The position numbers and the translations under genes are program-made. Below are positions 55,427 through 64,000 of a DNA stretch of 64,000 nt, one piece after another. The notes under the pieces are model-generated. The model was not told where the DNA came from and searched no databases. It saw only the letters and a program-made list of their open reading frames with translations. Each line of letters begins with the position of its first letter. Within the stretch, counting starts at the first letter, position 1. Origin of the DNA: Maridesulfovibrio sp. Lineage in GTDB: Bacteria > Desulfobacterota > Desulfovibrionia > Desulfovibrionales > Desulfovibrionaceae. The stretch is taken from NCBI GenBank assembly GCA_963677295.1, contig OY781931.1; one strand, written 5' to 3'.

Positions 55427-55945
55427 TTATAAAACTCTGCGTGCACCGATAAAATATTTACGCCAATAAGCCTTCCCCATTGACTCTTCACGGACATAGT
55501 GCCCGCTTTTAGGACTATGCACAAAAAGTTTACCACCACCTGTGTAAATCCCTGCATGGAGACTTTTCCCCCCTCCCGGGATTCTAAAAAAGACAATATC
55601 CCCGGCTCGTATTTTACTAAGCGGTACAGGTTTACCCGCATGGATCTGCTTCCATGAAACCCTCGGAAGCATGATGCCGTGTCTTTTATACACCCACCAG
55701 ACCAGACCGGAACAATCAAATCCCTTTGCCGGAGAATCACCGCCCCACTTGTAAGGTTTACCAATCTGGGAACGTGCAACATTGACAACTGAACGCTCAG
55801 TTGCTGAATAACTTGCTGAATTTATGGTTCTTCCGCTACCTGGGATAAAAACAGTTTTTTTACCACACCCCCCCAAGAAAACAGCTACCCCAAAAACAGC
55901 AATCAACAATATTATCTTGCGAAGACTACTCCGAAGTTTAATCAT
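55427..55945 (-). CDS. NlpC/P60 (C40) family peptidoglycan endopeptidase lipoprotein
   Basis: 172 aa. Lipoprotein signal (AVFLGGC), catalytic Cys context GFDCSGLVWWVY, and His in SLHAGIY. Confidence 0.8.
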   Translation of the reverse strand: MIKLRSSLRKIILLIAVFGVAVFLGGCGKKTVFIPGSGRTINSASYSATERSVVNVARSQIGKPYKWGGDSPAKGFDCSGLVWWVYKRHGIMLPRVSWKQIHAGKPVPLSKIRAGDIVFFRIPGGGKSLHAGIYTGGGKLFVHSPKSGHYVREESMGKAYWRKYFIGARRVL

Positions 55946-56239
55946 ATTAATAGATTTTACCTTGAATTACTATCTTATACAATAGATTTTCCCACTACTA
56001 AATCTAAAACCCCTTAATTTAAGCCTATAAGTCACCAACTATAGAAATTCCTGATAAGTCCAGCAAACCAAATCTTTCCAATTATCTATTGACTTTTGCG
56101 CTGTATTTGACGACAAACATCTACACTTTCGGTGATAAATGTGAAACATTTCGATGTGTTACACAAATCACAAAAAGATAACACGACTGAGGTATGTTTT
56201 TCTAAATCTGGCACAACATTGCGTTACAGTGAGGTCCGT

Positions 56240-58144
56240 ATGTTGCCCATGATGCTAGCATTAGTCATCTTGTTGCCCTTGATGGCTGCTCTAGGCTGCT
56301 ACTTTTTACGTGTAAGTGCGATCAGAAGCCTGATCGTTCTTGTCACAGGAATTTGCATAGCAGCTACATCCCTTGCCCTGCTCGGCGGGGGATCGTTTAC
56401 CTATTCTCCAGGCACATTGCTTGGAGTAAGTTGGGATTCTCTCGTCACTCTGGCGGACTTTTCCCTGCTCTTCGTAATACTGTATTACGCATTCAAACTT
56501 AAAAATCAGCTGATCAAGATATTTGCAGTATTGCAGATTATCCCTTTGGCTGTGTTTGAATTATTCATCGTTGACCACGCAGTAGAGGTTCCAGCATTTT
56601 ATGCTGACAGCCTTGCACTGATCATGGTCGCAGTTATTTCAATCATCGGTTCGCTTATCTGCTTCTTTGCGATTCCGTATATGAAAGAACATGAAGAGCA
56701 TCTGCACCTTGTAAACTCTCGCCAGCCGAGATTTTTCTTTTATCTTGTTCTGTTCCTCGGAGCGATGAACGGATTGGTGCTTTCTAACAACATTCTTTGG
56801 CTCTATTTCTTCTTCGAAGTAACTACCTTCTGTTCTTTCATGCTTATCGGGCATGACGACACAGAAATCGCAGTTAAAAATGCAACCCGCGCGTTGTGGA
56901 TGAACGCCCTCGGCGGTGTCGCATTTGTTTTCGGAATGATCTGGGCGTACACGGAAGTCGGCTCTCTAAGCCTTCAGACCATCATTAATGCCGGCCCGAT
57001 GGGCGGACTGATGATTGTTCCTCTAGGATTGCTTTGCTTAGCCGGTTTTACCAAAGCAGCACAGGTTCCTTTCCAGAGTTGGCTGCTCGGAGCTATGGTT
57101 GCCCCTACTCCGGTTTCAGCTCTGCTCCACTCAAGTACTATGGTTAAAGCCGGTGTGTACATTGTGCTCAGACTTGCTCCTGCATATGCAGGAACATTTT
57201 TCAGCCAGGGTATAGCTCTTTGCGGGGCCTTCACGTTCCTTTCCTGCGCAGCTATTGCTGTCAGCCAGAGTAACGGTAAAAAAATTCTCGCTTATTCCAC
57301 CATCAGTAATCTGGGTCTGATTATCTGTTGTGCCGGACTCAATACTCCTTGGGCCACTTCAGCAGCAATAATACTCATTATCTTCCACGCAATATCCAAA
57401 GCTTTACTCTTCCTGTGCGTAGGCACAATTGAGCATGGCATAGGCAGCCGCAACATCGAAGATATGCATGGTCTCTATCTTAAGATGCCAAGAACTGCGA
57501 TCATCACGATCACCGGTATCTTAACGATGATTCTGCCTCCGTTCGGTGTTCTGCTTGGAAAATGGATGGCAATTGAAGCCGCATCAAGCAACATGTTCGT
57601 TATTGTCATGCTTGCTCTTGGAAGTGCTCTTTCTGTCGTATTCTGGGCTCGCTGGGCAGGAATCCTGCTTACTGCTCCGATCCGCAAGAAAGTACCTGCT
57701 GAATCTCAGAATGTACTGACAAGATTCACACTTAAAACCCTTGCAGGGGCATCTGTGGTTCTGTCTTTATTCTCTCCGGCAATTTACACAAGCTTGATTG
57801 AACCTATGATCGGCAAAACATATGATATTTACGGCGGAGTATTCAGTTCTCCTGTCGGAACTTACGCTGTTTATCCGATCTTCTTTGTGCTCGTTATTGC
57901 GTTTGTATACGCATGGATCGAAACTAAAAAATCTGGAAACATCCAGAATTCGCAGTCATATCTTTGCGGAGCTAACGTCAAAGAACCAGATGTTCAGGCA
58001 TTTATCGGACCTATGAATAAACCGGTCGGCCTCTCGTCCAGTAACTATTACCTTGAAGCTTTATTCGGCGAAGAGAAGCTTACTCTCTGGATCAACTTTG
58101 TTGCTCTGGCTCTCATCGTTCTCATGCTGGGAGGAGCTGTTTAA
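56240..58144 (+). CDS. echA: Ech hydrogenase membrane subunit A (NuoL/antiporter-like)
   Basis: Start moved to ATG 56240 (GTGAGG RBS); the ORF-track start is 56132. It is about 634 aa and polytopic, with NuoL/Mrp-like motifs (WLLGAMVAPTPVSALLHSSTMVKAG). Confidence 0.8.
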   Translation: MLPMMLALVILLPLMAALGCYFLRVSAIRSLIVLVTGICIAATSLALLGGGSFTYSPGTLLGVSWDSLVTLADFSLLFVILYYAFKLKNQLIKIFAVLQIIPLAVFELFIVDHAVEVPAFYADSLALIMVAVISIIGSLICFFAIPYMKEHEEHLHLVNSRQPRFFFYLVLFLGAMNGLVLSNNILWLYFFFEVTTFCSFMLIGHDDTEIAVKNATRALWMNALGGVAFVFGMIWAYTEVGSLSLQTIINAGPMGGLMIVPLGLLCLAGFTKAAQVPFQSWLLGAMVAPTPVSALLHSSTMVKAGVYIVLRLAPAYAGTFFSQGIALCGAFTFLSCAAIAVSQSNGKKILAYSTISNLGLIICCAGLNTPWATSAAIILIIFHAISKALLFLCVGTIEHGIGSRNIEDMHGLYLKMPRTAIITITGILTMILPPFGVLLGKWMAIEAASSNMFVIVMLALGSALSVVFWARWAGILLTAPIRKKVPAESQNVLTRFTLKTLAGASVVLSLFSPAIYTSLIEPMIGKTYDIYGGVFSSPVGTYAVYPIFFVLVIAFVYAWIETKKSGNIQNSQSYLCGANVKEPDVQAFIGPMNKPVGLSSSNYYLEALFGEEKLTLWINFVALALIVLMLGGAV

Positions 58145-58992
58145 TGGAAACATTACTTCTTATCATCTTCGGAATAATCGTAGCCCCCTTACTCGGCGGT
58201 CTGATTTCTGGTGTTGACAGAAAAATAACTGCGCGTTTTCAGTCCCGCTTCGGCCCTCCGATTTTGCAGCCGTTTTACGATGTTGCTAAATTATTCGGTA
58301 AGGTTAAAGTCATCAATAACTTCTGGCAGGTATTCTGCGCATGGGTTTATCTCATTGCCGCAGCCCTCTCTGTCGGTTTGTTCTTCGCTCAGTCCGATCT
58401 GCTTCTGATCTTTTTTGTTCAGGCAATCGGCGCAGTCTTCCTTGTTATGGGGGGTCTTGCCAGTCCTTCCCCGTACAGTCAGGTTGGAGCACACCGTGAA
58501 CTGATTCAGGTTCTTACCTATGAGCCTCTCATCATTCTGGTTTTCGCTGCCATCTTTATGGTAACCGGAACTTTCAGAATTGATGAAATTCTTGCTTATA
58601 AAGAACCTCTTCTAATTAAACTGCCACTCATATTCGTTGTGCTTGGCTATGTACTGACTATCAAGCTCAGAAAATCACCTTTTGACTTTTCCACATCGCA
58701 TCACGCGCATCAGGAACTGGTCAAAGGTGTGCTCACCGAGTTTTCCGGACCTTACCTCGGCATTATTGAAATTGCTCACTGGTATGAGACCGTCCTCATT
58801 CTCGGAATTTGCGCACTCTTCTGGCACACCAGCTTTGTAGGAGTTGTATTACTTCTTGTTTCTACCTATCTGGCAGAAATACTGATTGATAATACCATGG
58901 CCCGTATGACTTGGCGCTGGATGCTCAAATATGTTTGGAGCGTTGGTCTGGTCATGTCTTTTGTCAACCTCATTTGGCTGCACGTAGGTTAA
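58144..58992 (+). CDS. echB: Ech hydrogenase membrane subunit B (NuoH-like)
   Basis: 282 aa, polytopic, with NuoH/HycD-like sequence (RKITARFQSRFGPP, PFDF..SHHAHQEL). Its start overlaps the echA stop. Confidence 0.8.
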   Translation: METLLLIIFGIIVAPLLGGLISGVDRKITARFQSRFGPPILQPFYDVAKLFGKVKVINNFWQVFCAWVYLIAAALSVGLFFAQSDLLLIFFVQAIGAVFLVMGGLASPSPYSQVGAHRELIQVLTYEPLIILVFAAIFMVTGTFRIDEILAYKEPLLIKLPLIFVVLGYVLTIKLRKSPFDFSTSHHAHQELVKGVLTEFSGPYLGIIEIAHWYETVLILGICALFWHTSFVGVVLLLVSTYLAEILIDNTMARMTWRWMLKYVWSVGLVMSFVNLIWLHVG

Positions 58993-58996
58993 GATT

Positions 58997-59431
58997 ATGT
59001 TCAAGAAATTCATTAATAATTCACGCGCCAAATCTCCGTGGATCATGCATTTTGACTGCGGAAGCTGTAACGGCTGCGATATTGAAGTTCTGGCATGCCT
59101 TACACCGATGTATGACGTAGAACGCTTCGGCGTAGTCAACGTCGGTAACCCTAAGCATGCTGATGTCCTCCTTGTCACCGGCACGGTAAACCCGCGCAAC
59201 GCCAAAGTATTACGGAACCTTTATGATCAAATGCCTGACCCTAAAGGCGTGATTGCCATCGGCTCATGCGGTCTTTCAGGTGGCATTTTCCGTGAGTGTT
59301 ACAACGTAATCGGCGGAATCGACAAGGTCATCCCCGTTGACGTTTACGTCCCCGGGTGCCCGGCTAAACCTGAAGCTATCATCGACGGCGTGGTCACTGC
59401 CCTTGCCAAGTTTGAAGGCCTCAAAGGCTAA
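58997..59431 (+). CDS. echC: Ech hydrogenase small subunit (NuoB-like, [4Fe-4S])
   Basis: 144 aa with the NuoB-type Cys pattern (CGSCNGC ... GSCGLSGG ... VPGCP). Confidence 0.85.
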   Translation: MFKKFINNSRAKSPWIMHFDCGSCNGCDIEVLACLTPMYDVERFGVVNVGNPKHADVLLVTGTVNPRNAKVLRNLYDQMPDPKGVIAIGSCGLSGGIFRECYNVIGGIDKVIPVDVYVPGCPAKPEAIIDGVVTALAKFEGLKG

Positions 59432-59450
59432 ACATTACGAGGGAAACAAC

Positions 59451-59822
59451 GTGATAGAAAATATGAAAGAAATCACACTGGAAACTATTGTCGGAGAAGT
59501 TTCCATGTTGAAGAGTGCCGGACAACGTCTTGTCACTTTGAGCTGTACCGAACTGGATGCAGACAACCTGGACATTATTTATACCTTCGACAAAGAATTA
59601 GTTCTCACTCACCTGAGAGTAACTATCCCCAAAGGGACAAATTGTCCTTCTATAAGCGGTGTGTACTTTACTGCGCTGCTGGTAGAAAACGAAATTCAAG
59701 ACCAGTTCGGCCTCGTGTTCGACGGTCTTGTTCTCGACTTTGGACGAACTCTCTATTTGGATGAGGAAATCACCACCATCCCATTGTGCAACAACACAAA
59801 GGCGATGACTGTTAAAAAATAA
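59451..59822 (+). CDS. echD: Ech hydrogenase subunit D (NuoC-like)
   Basis: Start moved to GTG 59451 (GAGGGAA RBS); ATG 59463 is an alternative. The ORF-track start at 59337 would overlap echC by 95 nt. About 123 aa, positioned between the small and large subunits. Confidence 0.7.
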   Translation: MIENMKEITLETIVGEVSMLKSAGQRLVTLSCTELDADNLDIIYTFDKELVLTHLRVTIPKGTNCPSISGVYFTALLVENEIQDQFGLVFDGLVLDFGRTLYLDEEITTIPLCNNTKAMTVKK

Positions 59823-59870
59823 TTCGTCTTCCCGGATGACACCAAGACGATAACAACTATAGGGTAAATT

Positions 59871-60947
59871 ATGGCACGTACCATCATACCTTTCGGTCCG
59901 CAGCATCCTGTTCTACCGGAACCGCTGCACTTAAAACTTGTCGTGGAAGACGAAATAGTGAGGGAAGCCATTCCTGCACTGGGATACGTTCACAGAGGTC
60001 TTGAAAAGCTTGCTGAGATTCGCGACTTCCATCAGATGATCCAGATCGTTGAACGAGTTTGCGGCATATGCTCCATGGTTCATTCTCTTTGCTACTGTCA
60101 GGGTATTGAAGAAATGATGGGAATAGAGGTTCCTGAAAGAGCCAAATATCTCCGCACAATATGGTCAGAATTGCACCGCATGCACAGTCATCTGCTCTGG
60201 CTCGGCCTTTTTGCCGATGCCTTCGGTTTCGAAAGTCTGTTCATGCAGTTCTGGCGTATCCGTGAACGCATCATGGATATTAACGAAGCAACCACAGGCA
60301 GTCGCGTAATTGTTTCCGTCAACATTGTCGGCGGTGTCCGCCAGGACCTTACGCCGGAACAATGTTCATGGATTCTCACTGAACTTGCTCAGGCTGAAAA
60401 AGAAATTAAATCAATTCAGTCCACGATTCTTAACGACTACACTGTCTGCAAACGCACACAGGGCGTCGGCGTTCTTACCAAGGAGCAGGCATATGAATTA
60501 GGCGCAGCAGGCCCGACACTTCGCGGTAGCGGAGTTGCTCAGGATATGCGTCAGCTCAAATACGCAGCCTTTGACAAGATAGACTTTGAAGCTGTAGTAG
60601 AAACAGCTGGTGACAGTTACGCCAGATCAAAAGTACGCTTCAGAGAAGCCGTACAATCGATAGACCTCGTTCGTGCAGCGATTGCAGGATTACCTCAGGG
60701 TGAACTTGCTGCTCCGTTCAAAGGAAATCCAGAAGGTGAGATCATTACCCGCGTTGAACAGCCTCGCGGTGAATGTATGTACTATATGAAAGGAAACGGA
60801 ACAAAATTCCTCGAAAGAGTACGTATCAGAACGCCTACGTTCGCTAATATCCCTCCACTTCTCGCTATGCTTCCAGGTCTTGAGCTGGCGGACGTTCCTG
60901 TTGTTGTTTTGTCAATAGACCCGTGCATAAGCTGCACGGAACGCTAG
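59871..60947 (+). CDS. echE: Ech hydrogenase [NiFe] large subunit (NuoD-like)
   Basis: 358 aa with the N-terminal Ni-binding RVCGICSMVH and the C-terminal DPCISCTER motifs. Confidence 0.9.
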   Translation: MARTIIPFGPQHPVLPEPLHLKLVVEDEIVREAIPALGYVHRGLEKLAEIRDFHQMIQIVERVCGICSMVHSLCYCQGIEEMMGIEVPERAKYLRTIWSELHRMHSHLLWLGLFADAFGFESLFMQFWRIRERIMDINEATTGSRVIVSVNIVGGVRQDLTPEQCSWILTELAQAEKEIKSIQSTILNDYTVCKRTQGVGVLTKEQAYELGAAGPTLRGSGVAQDMRQLKYAAFDKIDFEAVVETAGDSYARSKVRFREAVQSIDLVRAAIAGLPQGELAAPFKGNPEGEIITRVEQPRGECMYYMKGNGTKFLERVRIRTPTFANIPPLLAMLPGLELADVPVVVLSIDPCISCTER

Positions 60948-60958
60948 GAGGTCGGGAC

Positions 60959-61345
60959 ATGCTTAAAATGACTTCAACCGTACTGAAGAACCTTTTTTCA
61001 AAAAGTTCTACCAGAATGTACCCTTTCGAAGTTCGTGAACCGTTTCCTCTTTATAGAGGTGAACTGTTTAACGACATCGACACGTGTATCTTCTGTAAAA
61101 AGTGCGAAATGAAATGCCCATCGCAGTGTATTACTGTTTCAAAGAACAAAGAAAACGGAACCGGAATCTGGACATGTGACCCATTTGCCTGCGTTTACTG
61201 CAGCATCTGCGTTGATGTTTGTCCTACCAAGAGTCTGCACATGAAACCTAATCATCGTAAACCATCAGCAACCCGCGAAATGATTGACATGACAGGTAAA
61301 GTGAAAGTTCCCAAAAAGAAAGCAGCACCTAAAAAATCTGAATAG
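60959..61345 (+). CDS. echF: Ech hydrogenase 2x[4Fe-4S] subunit (NuoI-like)
   Basis: Start moved to ATG 60959 (AGGAGG 7 nt upstream). CIFCKKCEMKCP and CVYCSICVDVCP motifs. Confidence 0.85.
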   Translation: MLKMTSTVLKNLFSKSSTRMYPFEVREPFPLYRGELFNDIDTCIFCKKCEMKCPSQCITVSKNKENGTGIWTCDPFACVYCSICVDVCPTKSLHMKPNHRKPSATREMIDMTGKVKVPKKKAAPKKSE

Positions 61346-61384
61346 CATAGCTGACAGAATTTTATCTGCTTGATCGTAATTAGA

Positions 61385-61421
61385 AAATCCCTGTTGTCAT
61401 AAGACAGCAGGGATTTTTTTG
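61385..61421 (+). terminator. rho-independent terminator after echF
   Basis: AAATCCCTGTTGTC-ataa-GACAGCAGGGATTT followed by TTTTT. Confidence 0.8.
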
Positions 61422-61469
61422 AGAGAAATAAATTTTAAAATTACGATTATCAATTACAATTCTTAATTA

Positions 61470-61697
61470 CTACTTTTTCTCAAAATCATCATCACCGCCC
61501 AAATATTCCAGAATATCTCCGGGCTGGCAGTCCAAAAAATTGCAAATTGAGTTTAAAGTTGAAAACCGTATAGCCTTTGCTCTTCCTGTTTTGAGTACAG
61601 ATAAATTCTGAGGGGTTATGCCTACAGCCTCGGCTAGATCCTTTGATGACACCTTTCGCTTTGCTAACATCACGTCTAAGTTTATTAATATAGCCAT
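61470..61697 (-). CDS. short XRE-family HTH regulator (YozG-like)
   Basis: 75 aa with the HTH SSKDLAEAVGITPQNLSVLKTGRAKAI. It lies 8 nt downstream of a DUF2975-like membrane protein gene, the usual partner of this regulator family. Confidence 0.75.
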   Translation of the reverse strand: MAILINLDVMLAKRKVSSKDLAEAVGITPQNLSVLKTGRAKAIRFSTLNSICNFLDCQPGDILEYLGGDDDFEKK

Positions 61698-61705
61698 ACC
61701 GTCTC

Positions 61706-62248
61706 CTAGACTGTTAGCTCTGCATCTTCATTAAGCTTACGCCCTTCGTCCATAACCCAAGAGATAGCCAGGACAACACATGCCAGTAAAATTCCGCCCA
61801 AATTGGTATCGTCTATTTTTATTAAAATCAAACGTTCCCCAACGCCATTATGCATTGTAGCAGCATAAGTAGTACCAATCTGAACAATAGGAGAAACAAG
61901 TTCACTTAATAAAAAAGCCCAGGCTGCACGGCTGAAGCAATTAGTATTATCAACCGTGAAGATCTTTCCCTCTGAATAAAGAGTAAAAAGTTTAATCATC
62001 TGCCACATGCTGAATATTTCAAGCAATACCAAAGGTAATGAGGCTGCAAACCCGAGCATTTTACCAGAGAGCTGAATCCCTACAATCTGTGGAGCTACAA
62101 AAAACCCTCCAAGACCTTCTGGACTGATAAAAGGATCAGCTACTCCATCCAGATACATCCAGCCGAAGAAGTCTGTTACAGGAATCAAAATTAGAATCAA
62201 CCAAAACACATACTTCAAAATAAGACTCATACGTCTGATTTTTTCCAT
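61706..62248 (-). CDS. DUF2975-like membrane protein
   Basis: 180 aa with 4-5 TM segments. Assignment is by pairing with the YozG-like regulator and the overall pattern. Confidence 0.5.
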   Translation of the reverse strand: MEKIRRMSLILKYVFWLILILIPVTDFFGWMYLDGVADPFISPEGLGGFFVAPQIVGIQLSGKMLGFAASLPLVLLEIFSMWQMIKLFTLYSEGKIFTVDNTNCFSRAAWAFLLSELVSPIVQIGTTYAATMHNGVGERLILIKIDDTNLGGILLACVVLAISWVMDEGRKLNEDAELTV

Positions 62249-62355
62249 GTCGTTATTCTCCCAAAAATTTATTATTTGTTCGCCTAAATCTCGATTTATG
62301 ATATTAAATTATTGTTTGTCAATAACAACTTACTGTTTATTGTAAATAAAGAATC

Positions 62356-62394
62356 ATAAAAAATCCCCCGTCACGCTGTAACAGGGGATTTTTA
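62356..62394 (-). terminator. rho-independent terminator after the pseudouridine synthase gene
   Basis: AATCCCC...GGGGATT stem. The minus-strand tail is TTTTTTATG. Confidence 0.6.
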
Positions 62395-62414
62395 TTTGAG
62401 GTTATGACTAAAAA

Positions 62415-63311
62415 TCAGCTCAAATATTTTTCAGCTGATCGTATATAATCTTGAATTAACAGTTCATCATTCCACGCAGGCAAACACTGCGCAGTAAACC
62501 ACGGTGTTACAATTTTCCAGCAATGAAGCTTCATTGGTCCGTTTCCACCACCGTACTTTGCGTCACCGGCAATAGGAAACCCGCGCGAAGAAAGCTGTAC
62601 TCTGATTTGATGAGTTAATCCTGTATGCAACTGAATTAAAAGTAAACTGTAACCGTCATTTATCGATAAAGGCAAAACCGATGCCCGCGCATCCTTACCT
62701 GATCCTGTAACGATTCTCTCACTTCCGTGCACTTCTTTCTTTTCAAGTCGATCATGCATCTCGGTCCATCCATCATCACAACTTCCCAATTTCCACTCGC
62801 CTCTGACCAGCGCAAGGTAGTACTTACCACCCTCACGGCTTGCAAACATGTCAGAAAGATCTTTTTGTCCGTGATGACTTTTACCGGCCAGCAGAACTCC
62901 TGAAGTATCCCGGTCAAGCCGATGCGCCGGAGCGGGTTTAAACGGAGAGTCTGCATACATGGACAGGAGACGGTCAACTACGCTGTCATCATGCCCTGTA
63001 CCGCCTTGCGAAGGCAGTCCTGCCGGCTTATTGATGGCCAGATAATTATCGTCTTCGTAGAGTATATCCAACGGTTCACGTGTAACCGGACTAGCGGATT
63101 CATCAGATTGATATGGAGGAATGCGTACAACTTGTCCTTCTTTAACAAGATCAAACGGTTTGCACCGTCCCTTATCAATACGGACATTACCTTTGCGAAT
63201 CCAGCGCATAACAGCGGAACGCGGTATGCTACTCCCCACTCTCCTTTCAAGAAAACGCACCAGTTTTTGACCGGCTTCAGCACTGCTGACTGTAATAAAT
63301 TCTGCAGACAT
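62415..63311 (-). CDS. RluA-family 23S rRNA pseudouridine synthase (RluC/RluD-like) with an S4-like N-terminus
   Basis: 298 aa with the catalytic motif HRLDRDTSGVLL and the later LHC motif (KLHCW). Confidence 0.8.
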   Translation of the reverse strand: MSAEFITVSSAEAGQKLVRFLERRVGSSIPRSAVMRWIRKGNVRIDKGRCKPFDLVKEGQVVRIPPYQSDESASPVTREPLDILYEDDNYLAINKPAGLPSQGGTGHDDSVVDRLLSMYADSPFKPAPAHRLDRDTSGVLLAGKSHHGQKDLSDMFASREGGKYYLALVRGEWKLGSCDDGWTEMHDRLEKKEVHGSERIVTGSGKDARASVLPLSINDGYSLLLIQLHTGLTHQIRVQLSSRGFPIAGDAKYGGGNGPMKLHCWKIVTPWFTAQCLPAWNDELLIQDYIRSAEKYLS

Positions 63312-63323
63312 ACGTATTAAAAG

Positions 63324-64000
63324 CTAACCCATCATTCTGGGCAGGAAAGTTACAATTTCAGGAGCGACCAGCAAAAGAGCTATGAGTCCGACATAAGCAA
63401 TCATAAAGTAACTTACTCCTAAAAAGACTCTGTCTATGGCGACATCTTCTGCCATTGAAGCAACAATAAATGTAGTAACCCCGACAGGCGGAGTTATTGC
63501 GCCCATGGTAGTTACAATAGTGATCAGCACGCCGAACCAGATGGGATCATATCCCATGGCTATAACCATAGGAAAGAAAATCGGAATAGTAATCAGCAAA
63601 AGAGCAAGTGCGTCCATAACCATTCCGCCGATGACATAAATCACACATATCAGTAAAATAATCACAGTGGGAGGAATAGCTAATCCTGCGACCATATCCG
63701 CAGCTTCGAAAGGCAGCCTTGTTATAGCGAGAAAACGCCCGAAGATGATCGCTCCGACGATAACCACCATAATCATGCATGAGACCTTCAAAGTATCACT
63801 CACTGCCGCGACAAAGAGTTTAAAGGTCATTTTTCGCGAAACAATACTTATCAGCAAAGCAAAAGCAGATCCTGCGGCTCCGGCTTCTGTCGGTGTAAAC
63901 CAGCCTGCGAATAACCCGCCCATAACAAGCATGAAAAGGACTACCATTTCAATGGAACCGGGAAGTGATCTGAGCTTTTCTTTAAAGCTGACTTCCGGTC
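63324..64000 (-). CDS. TRAP transporter large permease (DctM-like), C-terminal part; the gene runs off the right edge
   Basis: Polytopic sequence typical of DctM (…GVTTFIVASMAEDV…). My translation shows the frame stays open from 63947 to position 64000. Confidence 0.65.
   Translation of the reverse strand, partial: PEVSFKEKLRSLPGSIEMVVLFMLVMGGLFAGWFTPTEAGAAGSAFALLISIVSRKMTFKLFVAAVSDTLKVSCMIMVVIVGAIIFGRFLAITRLPFEAADMVAGLAIPPTVIILLICVIYVIGGMVMDALALLLITIPIFFPMVIAMGYDPIWFGVLITIVTTMGAITPPVGVTTFIVASMAEDVAIDRVFLGVSYFMIAYVGLIALLLVAPEIVTFLPRMMG

Noticed and set aside
56209-56222. Sigma-54 promoter-like TGGCACAACATTGC just upstream of echA
   Set aside because: The GG-to-GC spacing is 9 nt instead of the required 10. 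The element also ends only about 18 nt before the echA ATG, so a transcript from it would lack the RBS.
59337-59450. ORF-track start for echD at 59337
   Set aside because: It would overlap echC by 95 nt in another frame. GTG 59451 and ATG 59463 follow a GAGGGAA RBS just after the echC stop, and they give the expected ~120-aa NuoC-like subunit.

Overview
This 64-kb chromosomal segment looks like a low-GC (marine-type) Desulfovibrio-family sulfate reducer. That assignment is an inference from gene content; no database search was possible. The backbone carries two hallmark energy-conservation modules. One is the Tmc transmembrane redox complex (tetrahaem cytochrome c3, DsrK/HmcF-like FeS protein, cytochrome b and a Trp-rich protein; 2.7-6.4 kb). 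The other is a six-gene Ech energy-converting [NiFe] hydrogenase (56.2-61.3 kb). Other backbone genes are an ADP-forming acetyl-CoA synthetase, mobA/moeA, PIN-PhoH, thyX, typA, ansA, pepA, purB, tex, azlCD with a MocR regulator, two HD-GYP proteins, and assorted regulators and transporters. dnaA is preceded by a ~930-bp extremely AT-rich gene-free region with DnaA-box-like 9-mers, a candidate oriC. It is followed not by dnaN but by a short DnaA paralogue that lacks the AAA+ domain. The most unusual region is a GC-rich island at 52.6-55.4 kb, next to a transposase remnant. It holds two 1,258-bp near-identical cassettes, each encoding a 317-aa protein with a Nif11-type double-glycine (bacteriocin/RiPP-style) leader fused to an RTX calcium-binding repeat domain. 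The two copies are identical in the leader and in the 168-bp 3' flank; the 5' upstream part of each cassette differs at only about five positions. They differ at about 31 nucleotides in 25 codons of the post-leader region, and every changed codon changes the amino acid. A three-gene operon at 45.8-49.5 kb resembles the Csd4/Pgp1 plus Csd6/Pgp2 peptidoglycan-trimming cell-shape module of Helicobacter and Campylobacter. CDS coordinates come from the supplied ORF track, with several starts moved to RBS-supported codons. Coordinates of hairpins, boxes and repeats were counted by hand and may be off by 1-2 nt. I saw no rRNA, tRNA or CRISPR array.
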